This document shows positions 57,682 to 64,000 of a DNA stretch of 64,000 bases, in pieces. The notes beneath the pieces are model-generated. The model had not been told where the DNA came from and ran no database searches. It saw only the letters and a program-made list of their open reading frames with translations. The stretch is from an uncultured Gemmatimonadales bacterium (GTDB taxonomy: Bacteria > Gemmatimonadota > Gemmatimonadetes > Longimicrobiales > Gaopeijiaceae). Made by a program: the position numbers and the translations under genes. The stretch is from assembly GCA_963809895.1 (NCBI GenBank), contig CAWELD010000010.1, positions 672,001-736,000 of the forward strand. Reading direction: 5' to 3'. Every line of letters starts with the position of its first letter. Within the stretch, counting starts at the first letter, position 1.

Positions 57682-59280
57682 TCAGTTGCCGACGCGCTGG
57701 ATGCGCTCGAACTGGGCGATGGCGTTGAGATGCTGGATCAGCGCTCGCAGCTCGGACAGCCGCGACGTGGTCAGCGAGTTCTGGGCCGTCACCACCTCGT
57801 AGTTCGTGGCGGCGCCGACCTCGAAACGCGCCAGCTCCGCCTCGACGTTCTGCTGGGCCGCGTCGCTCGCCCGCTGCGCGGCCTGGTACTGCAGGAGCGT
57901 GTTGTTCACCGAGAGGCCGGCGCTGGTGACCTGCGTCACCACGGTCAGCTCCTGTGCTTTCAGCGACAGTTGCTGCTGGCGGGCCTGCAGCCGCGCCCGC
58001 TCGAGATTGATCTTGTCCGAATTGATCCCGAGCGGATACGAGGCGTTGAGCGTGAGGCCCCACGTCGGCGTGTCGAAGTCGGCGATGGACTGGAGGCCGT
58101 CCAGGTAGCCGCCCCGCTGGACGAGCACCGGATCGCCTCCGAGCTGATCGCGCTCGAAGAGGTTTCCGCCGACTCCCTGCAACGAGTACGACGCCGTCAG
58201 GTTCAGGCTAGGCAGCCGGTTCGACCGGGATACCTCGAGGTTCACGTCGGTGATCTGCTGCTGAGCCTTGATCTGCTGCAGATCGGTACGCTCCCGCAGC
58301 GCGACCTCGATGGCCTGCTGGATGTCCACGGCCTGATCGGCCAGCTCGGGCTGATCCGTGGGGTTGATGGTCTCGGTCAGGAGCGTGTCGTCGGCGCCCG
58401 TGAGCAGGAGTTGTTTGAGAATGAGCTCCTGGTTGCGCCACTGGATCTGGGCGTTGAGCAGGGCCTGCTCGGAGCTGGCCACCTGGGCCTCCGCCTGGAC
58501 GACCTGATACTCGGTGCCGCGGCCGAGCCGCGCACGCACGCGGTTCTGGTCCGCCAGCTCCCGGGCCTGCGCCAGGCTGCGCTGCTGGATCTCGATCTGT
58601 TCGATAGCCGCCCGAAGTCCCCAGTACGCCTCGCGCACCTGGCCCACGACGTTCTCGACCTGCGACCGAACCTGGAGATCGGTGATGTGCGTCTGGATCT
58701 CCTGCGTCTCCAGCGAAGCCCGCTGGTTGTCCATCTTGAACCCGGCCAGCAGGGGCTGGGTGAAGCTCAAGCTCACCGACGACGAGTAGCTGGGATTGCG
58801 CGTCGAGAAGGCGTTGTTGGACTCGGTGCGGCGGTTGTTGAAGTTGGCGTTGAGGCGTGCCCCGTACCACGGAAGCTGCTCGGACAGCGACGAGTTGAAC
58901 GTGTGTTGCTTGGTCGTGGTCCTGCTGCCACCGTCCAGCTGGCTGGTAGATTGATTCACAGAGTTGTTGTAGCCGAACGTGCTGCTCAACGTCGGCGTGA
59001 AGGCGGCGCGGGCCGCCCGCAGGGCGTATTCCTGGATCGCCGGGTTGAGCCTGGCGCTCTGGAGGTTCAGGTTGGCTTCCAGCGCCCGGGAGACGGCGTC
59101 TTCGAGCGTCATGGAGACCATGGTCTGGCCTTCCTCGAGCGGCGGCAGGGCTTCGCCCACGACGTAGGGCTCCAGCCGTTCGATGGGCTTCTTGGCCTCT
59201 TCCTGCGCAGAGGAAGACATGGGGACGGCGAGCGTCGAAAGAACGACAAGCGCGCCGAGTCCTCGCGTGCACCTCGTCAT
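57682..59280 (-). CDS. TolC family outer-membrane efflux protein
   Basis: MTLEDAVSRALEANL, FTQPLL, V.EAYWGL, RLPSLNL, RFEVG..TNYEV; signal SSA-Q. Confidence 0.93.
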   Translation of the reverse strand: MTRCTRGLGALVVLSTLAVPMSSSAQEEAKKPIERLEPYVVGEALPPLEEGQTMVSMTLEDAVSRALEANLNLQSARLNPAIQEYALRAARAAFTPTLSSTFGYNNSVNQSTSQLDGGSRTTTKQHTFNSSLSEQLPWYGARLNANFNNRRTESNNAFSTRNPSYSSSVSLSFTQPLLAGFKMDNQRASLETQEIQTHITDLQVRSQVENVVGQVREAYWGLRAAIEQIEIQQRSLAQARELADQNRVRARLGRGTEYQVVQAEAQVASSEQALLNAQIQWRNQELILKQLLLTGADDTLLTETINPTDQPELADQAVDIQQAIEVALRERTDLQQIKAQQQITDVNLEVSRSNRLPSLNLTASYSLQGVGGNLFERDQLGGDPVLVQRGGYLDGLQSIADFDTPTWGLTLNASYPLGINSDKINLERARLQARQQQLSLKAQELTVVTQVTSAGLSVNNTLLQYQAAQRASDAAQQNVEAELARFEVGAATNYEVVTAQNSLTTSRLSELRALIQHLNAIAQFERIQRVGN

Positions 59281-59399
59281 CTTCACCCTCGGGTTGCAGA
59301 GGTTCGGGTCCGTGGTGTGGGGTCGACGCGCCTGGCGCGCCGTCCACTTCTCTCGCAAAGACAGCTTCGTCCCCGTTTTCGTTAGCTAAGGGAGATCCG

Positions 59400-59942
59400 A
59401 TGCCGCGTCACGTCGCTTTTCTCAGAGGGATCAACGTCGGTGGCCACCGGGTCAAGATGGCCCGGCTCCGCGAGATCTTCGAAGAGGCCGGCTGCCGACA
59501 CGTCGCGACCTTCATTGCGAGCGGCAACGTGGTCTTCGAGGGTGGTGTCGAAGATCATGAGCGCCTGGAAGCGGCGCTTGAGGCGCGATTGGAGGCTGCC
59601 CTGGGCTTCGAGGCGGCGACGTTTCTACGGCCTCTGGACCGGCTCCGGGAGATCACGACGACGGAGTTGCCACCGGCCTCGGACGACGACGCCTTCAACG
59701 TCCACGTCTTCTTTCTCCGCACCGAGTCGGATGACGACATGAAGCGACGGCTGAAGGAGTTGGAGTCGCCGGAGGACGTCTTCCACGCCGTCGGGCGGGA
59801 GGTCTTCTGGCATCGGCGAGGACGGATGACGGACTCCCCCATATCGACGGCTGACCTGACGCGGGCGCTCGGGGGCCCGGACCAGACGTCGCGGAACATG
59901 AACACGCTGAGGCGCATGGTCGCCAGGTTCGGGGACGAGTAG
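59400..59942 (+). CDS. DUF1697 family protein
   Basis: VAFLRGINVGG..VKM..L, TFIASGNVVF, TSRN.NT. Confidence 0.92.
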   Translation: MPRHVAFLRGINVGGHRVKMARLREIFEEAGCRHVATFIASGNVVFEGGVEDHERLEAALEARLEAALGFEAATFLRPLDRLREITTTELPPASDDDAFNVHVFFLRTESDDDMKRRLKELESPEDVFHAVGREVFWHRRGRMTDSPISTADLTRALGGPDQTSRNMNTLRRMVARFGDE

Positions 59943-59944
59943 CG

Positions 59945-61140
59945 ATGAGAGACGCCTGGCGAACGCTGGCCGCGATCGCGACCGTGGTCGCGTTCACCGG
60001 CCCAGCCGCCTGTGGCGAGGTCTCGCGCGATTCGGGTGGCGGACAAGCGCGTGACAGCGCCGGCACGCGTGTCATCGAGCTGCCCGAGCCCGAGGAGACC
60101 CCGGAGCGCGTGCTCGCACTGGATACCACCTGGTCTGCGCGTCCGGCGCTCGAGCTGGGCGACCTTTCCGACGTGGACGTGACCCCAAACGGCGGCGTGC
60201 TGCTCCTCGATCGGCTCGCTGCCCAGGTCATTCGTCTGGACGCTGAGGGCGCGGTGACCGCCCGCTTCGGGCGAGCCGGCGCCGGCCCCGGCGAGTTCGA
60301 CCCGCGGGGACTGAGCGTTCTGGTCGTCACCGACTCGAGCGTGCTCGTGCCGGACCTCTTCCAGCAGCGCGTCACCGAGCTCTCACTGGTTCTGGCGACG
60401 TCCTCGGAACCAGGCCGTACCCGGAGTCCGGCAGCTACGCGGTGGACTGGCGGAGACACCCCGAAGGGGGATTGGCGTATCGGGTCCTCGCCGAGTCCGG
60501 CGACCGCCTCCTGCGCTGGGATGGAGCCGAGTTGGACACGCTCCTGACGCTGCCGCCCGAAGGCGCCGAGCCCAACACGTTGCTGCCGCCCGTTCCGCTG
60601 TGGGACATCACCGCCGGCGGGGATCTCGTGGTGGGCTCGTCGGCATCCTCGAGCGTGGAGCGCCGGCGCGGCGCGACGGGCGAGGTCGTGTGGATCTCAC
60701 GCCACCGGGAGACCCCGCCGCCGCTGTCCGATCAGGGCCGGTCCCACCTGGAGGACGTGCTGGTGGCCTCGGTGGAGCAGCGCAGTGGCGCGGCCGTGCC
60801 ACGAGAGGCCCGGGCGCAGCTGCTGGCGCAGATGACCTTTCCCGAACGGTCCCCGGTGCTGGCGGACCTGCGCATCGCTCCCGATGGCCGCATCTGGGTT
60901 CGGCGCGCCCGCCCTGTGGAGGACATGGATCGCGAGGCCCTGCGCGTGGGCAGCGCGGCGGGCTTCGGAGGCGAGCACTGGGAGATCCTCAACGCCGACG
61001 GACGGCTGGAGGCGCGCGTGCGCATGCCCCGGCGCTTCGTCCCCCGCGCGTTCCATGGATCGTGGCTCTACGGGATCCTCACGGACGAGCTGGGAGTCCA
61101 GCACCCCGCCCGGGTCGGCTCAGGAGTCCTCGGCCCCTGA
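59945..61140 (+). CDS. 6-bladed beta-propeller lipoprotein; frameshift near 60390
   Basis: PAAC, RDSAG, GRAGAGPGEF in ORF 59945; TDELGVQ in ORF 60442. Confidence 0.82.
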
Positions 61141-61836
61141 GCTGTCGGAGCGGCCGGCGGGCAGGGTTCCGGCTCGCTGCACCAGCCGCTGCATGAGGGC
61201 GTCGACGCGTGCCTGGCTGCGAGCACACAGGGCCCTCCAGAACACCCGCCCTACGCCGAATCCCACGGCGCCACCCGTAACCGCGGCTGCGAGGAGCGGG
61301 AGGCCGAGCAGACCCGCGGGCCCGCCGAGACCCACGCCGAGCATGGCTCCCCATGCGGTGGGAAGGAGGGTCGCGATGCGGCGGACTCTCGGCACGAAGC
61401 GTTCCTCGACCCGCAAGACGGTCTCGTCGGCCTCGGGGCTCACGGCCACCTGCGCGCTGTGGAAGCGGTCCCGACCGGTCCAGCGAACCTCGCCCAGCGC
61501 TTCGGTGACCGTGCCTTGTAGCTCGGCGGCGCCGTCCACGACCCGGATCATCTCCAGCGTCCTCTCGCGGTCGACCGGCCCGCCGAGCGCATGGATGGCC
61601 TTGGCAACGCCCGGGGGGCCGAGCAACCCCCGGGGCGCGGACAGACGGGTCGAGGCCAGCTCCGCGACGGCTCGATCCACCAGCCCCGGCGCGATGCCCA
61701 CTTCGCCTGCGATCTCCTTGAGGTCGGTCAAGGTCAGGCCGCGAGCCCGCGGCGTCTCACCGGTCTCGACCTCCAGGCTGGAAGCCCGCTGAAGGACCTT
61801 CGCCACCTCCTGGTCCGTGAACCGTCGCTCACTCAT
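61120..61836 (-). CDS. Hypothetical membrane protein, paralog of 12258 and 48291
   Basis: RFTDQEVAKVLQRASSLE...GLTLTDLKEIAGEVGI; C-terminal Gly-rich TM hairpin. Confidence 0.8.
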   Translation of the reverse strand: MSERRFTDQEVAKVLQRASSLEVETGETPRARGLTLTDLKEIAGEVGIAPGLVDRAVAELASTRLSAPRGLLGPPGVAKAIHALGGPVDRERTLEMIRVVDGAAELQGTVTEALGEVRWTGRDRFHSAQVAVSPEADETVLRVEERFVPRVRRIATLLPTAWGAMLGVGLGGPAGLLGLPLLAAAVTGGAVGFGVGRVFWRALCARSQARVDALMQRLVQRAGTLPAGRSDSSGAEDS

Positions 61837-61988
61837 GGGTGTGGGCCTCCTGTGCGCCCGATCGGGGTGGACGCGGACGAGGGTCTCGCAGGGAACCTCG
61901 ACAGAGTAGGCGTGGCGGCGTGCCCCCGACAGCCGCGGCCACGCCGGCCTTCCTTGCGGTGTGCAGCCGTCCGGCGTGATCGTGTGCC

Positions 61989-62537
61989 ATGAACCTCTAT
62001 CCCATGATCATTCGAACGTTGGGCGCGCTGGCGCTGGCGGGGGCCGTCGGGTCTCTGCTGATGCTGGCCGCCACCGCGCTGTCTTCCGGCCGGGCGTGGC
62101 TGCGCGAGAACCTCGAGCCAGGTGGAACGGGCCCGCTCGCGGGTGCCTGGGCCGTGGCGATCCTGGCCATGGCCTCGAGCCTGTACCTGTCCGAGGTGGT
62201 CGGCTTCGTCCCCTGCGAGCTGTGCTGGTTCCAACGCATCGCCATGTATCCGCTGGTGCTGGTTCTGGGCGCCGGCCTCGTGCTCCGCGAGCCGGGCGTG
62301 TGGCGCTTCGCGCTGCCCCTCTCCGTGGTGGGACTCCCGATCTCGATCTACCATGTGATCATCCAGTTGCAGCCGAGTCTGGACATCGTCTCGTGCGAGG
62401 CCAGTGCCCCCTGTACGAGCCGTTACGTCGCCGTCTTCGGGTTCCTGTCGATTCCGGGGATGGCCGGCGCCGCCTTCCTGCTCATCACGGCGTTGCTGCT
62501 GACTGTGGGGGTGGTGCGCGGCAGCGCTGAAGGCTGA
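61989..62537 (+). CDS. Disulfide bond formation protein B (DsbB/BdbC-like)
   Basis: [14 protein letters not shown], second pair [13 protein letters not shown]. Confidence 0.92.
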   Translation: MNLYPMIIRTLGALALAGAVGSLLMLAATALSSGRAWLRENLEPGGTGPLAGAWAVAILAMASSLYLSEVVGFVPCELCWFQRIAMYPLVLVLGAGLVLREPGVWRFALPLSVVGLPISIYHVIIQLQPSLDIVSCEASAPCTSRYVAVFGFLSIPGMAGAAFLLITALLLTVGVVRGSAEG

Positions 62538-62546
62538 GGAGGTCTC

Positions 62547-62825
62547 GTGGGGGCGCTGATGAGGTTGCCGGCGTTCAGGAACGCCTATCTCGTGCGCGGC
62601 GCGATGGTGTGGGTCGCCCTCCGCATGGGCGCCGCCTTCGTCCGGATCTCCGATCCGAACCTCGCCCAGGAGCTGCTCATCTGCGTCGGCGTGATGCTGG
62701 CCGTGCAACTCGACGCTCGCCGCCGCCACGAGGACGCCTTCCTGGCGAATCTGGGGATCTCTCCCTGGGCCATTGCCGCGTGGAGCGCGCCGGTGGCGAT
62801 CGTGCTCGAGATCCTGGTGCCGTGA
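62547..62825 (+). CDS. Small three-TM protein with ABC coupling-helix-like motif
   Basis: RRRHEDAFLANLGIS between TMs; coupled to the ATPase. Confidence 0.68.
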   Translation: MGALMRLPAFRNAYLVRGAMVWVALRMGAAFVRISDPNLAQELLICVGVMLAVQLDARRRHEDAFLANLGISPWAIAAWSAPVAIVLEILVP

Positions 62826-63535
62826 CGCGCGATGACGTGGTGCTCGAGGTCGACGGCGTGGGCAAGCGGTTCGGACGCCGCGATGTGCTGAAGGCAGCCT
62901 CGTTCCGGGCCCGCGTGGGTGCGATCACGGTCCTCATGGGCAGGAACGGCACCGGCAAGACCACATTGATGAGGGTGGCCGTGGGACGGGTGCGACCCGA
63001 GCGCGGCCGGGTGCTGTACGATGGCCTCTATCGTCCCCGTCCGGCGCTTCATCGCCTCGCCCGCGCGGGGCTCATGTATCTGGACCAGGAATCGGCGTTG
63101 ACTTCACTGTTCAGCGTCCGGGATCATCTGGCCAGCGTTGCGCGCACCTTCGGGTCCGGGGCGCGCATGCAGGAGGTGGTGGACCGCCTTGCTCTGGGCG
63201 AGTTTCTGGGCCGCCGCCCCGGCGACGTCTCGCGTGGAGAGCGGCAACGGGCCGCGCTGGCCCTGTCCATGCTTCGCTCACCGCGCTGTCTCCTGATGGA
63301 CGAGCCGTTCGCGGGGGTCGCTCCTCGAGATCGTCCGCTGGTGGCTCACGGATTGGAATCACTCCGTGAGGCAGGCGCCGCCGTGGTCGTCTCGGGCCAC
63401 GACGTGGAGGACCTGCTCGCCGTCGCCGACGACGTCATCTGGGTCGTGGCAGGGACCACGCACTGGCTCGGCACCCCGGCCGAAGCGGCCGCGGACGAAG
63501 GTTTCCGGCGCGACTACCTCGGATCTCGGGCGTGA
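62822..63535 (+). CDS. ABC transporter ATP-binding protein (LptB-like)
   Basis: GRNGTGKTT, VSRGERQR, LLMDEPFAGV, GHD, C-terminal RRDYLG. Confidence 0.9.
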   Translation: MTRDDVVLEVDGVGKRFGRRDVLKAASFRARVGAITVLMGRNGTGKTTLMRVAVGRVRPERGRVLYDGLYRPRPALHRLARAGLMYLDQESALTSLFSVRDHLASVARTFGSGARMQEVVDRLALGEFLGRRPGDVSRGERQRAALALSMLRSPRCLLMDEPFAGVAPRDRPLVAHGLESLREAGAAVVVSGHDVEDLLAVADDVIWVVAGTTHWLGTPAEAAADEGFRRDYLGSRA

Positions 63536-63575
63536 CGAACGAAGGCCGCCGCCCCCGGAACCGGGAGCGGCGGCC
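63536..63575 (-). terminator. Hairpin terminator between convergent genes
   Basis: GGCCGCCGC...GCGGCGGCC stem; TTCGTTCG follows on the minus strand. Confidence 0.68.
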
Positions 63576-63629
63576 GCAGGTCGTCGAGGCATCTGCCTCG
63601 AAACGGGTCAACTCAGGGTGTCAGGGCGC

Positions 63630-64000
63630 TCACCCGGAAAAGTGGAAGTGGGCGCCGAGATCGATGATGAAGTAGCTGAGATCAGCGCCGTCGGTGGAAT
63701 AGGTGTTGAAGCGGAGGGCCGGCACCAACACCAGGTTGGGCGTGGCTTGCCAGTCGATACCGACTCCGGAATCCAGCCCGAGATGCCAGTCGCCGCTGAC
63801 GCCGTCCACGTCGGGCTTGTGCAGCATGAGACCGCCGCGAACCCAGGGCATGGCGCCGTTGTCCTGGCCGAACAGCAGCTTGACGCCGCCATCGAGCCCG
63901 GTGGTGGTCACGTCGGCTTCGCATCCGTCGCAGGTGAAGCGGTGATGCCCCACGCCTCCGTACACCGTGAAATTGGTGCTCAGCGTGTACATGAGGTCGG
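63630..64000 (-). CDS. Outer-membrane beta-barrel protein, 3' part
   Basis: Amphipathic strands (VYGGVG, PWVRGG, GVGIDW, LVPALRF) ending DLGAHFHF. Confidence 0.82.
   Translation of the reverse strand, partial: DLMYTLSTNFTVYGGVGHHRFTCDGCEADVTTTGLDGGVKLLFGQDNGAMPWVRGGLMLHKPDVDGVSGDWHLGLDSGVGIDWQATPNLVLVPALRFNTYSTDGADLSYFIIDLGAHFHFSG

Noticed and set aside
57259..59385. 708-aa plus-strand ORF and similar long ORFs (37896..39332, 45148..46830, 35139..36794, 19584..21485)
   Set aside because: Antisense or off-frame shadows of well-supported genes, expected at high GC.
1927..63535. Integron cassette array
   Set aside because: No integrase, and most junctions overlap or are too short to hold attC sites; no recurring RYYYAAC...GTTRRRY found by eye.
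1..64000. tRNA, rRNA, prophage, IS, known defence system or biosynthetic gene cluster
   Set aside because: No recognisable signatures; tailoring-type enzymes are scattered with no core synthase or precursor peptide.

Overview
High-GC (roughly 68-70% by eye) bacterial chromosomal segment with about 80 short, functionally unrelated accessory genes, about 80% on the + strand and very tightly packed. Gene content (ADOP-type permease plus PadR, many 6-bladed beta-propeller lipoproteins, a GWxTD-like protein, small TonB-C proteins) suggests Gemmatimonadota; this is inference. I see no rRNA, tRNA, CRISPR array, integrase or transposase. Several genes are split by single-base indels, densest in the first ~6 kb, probably long-read consensus errors. 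Main observations: (1) a cassette-like array without attC sites, where genes are joined by start/stop overlaps, many gaps are spanned by 6-19 aa mini-ORFs coupled at both ends, and several genes look shrunk by internal in-frame deletions that keep both ends (candidate translational-relay architecture); (2) 12 paralogous GxxGxGPGEF beta-propeller lipoproteins; (3) a lipoprotein glutaminyl cyclase alongside Gln at +1 of nearly every predicted SPase I substrate; (4) a divergent vat-like / aph(3')-like pair with a GGCT remnant as leader; (5) an orphan palindrome-rich regulatory region at 13.1-13.3 kb with a parS-like 16-mer; (6) unusual architectures (PQ-loop/TerB/SPOR-like protein, pilin-head fusion, minimal ABC pair). 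Family calls come from motif recognition only, with no database search.
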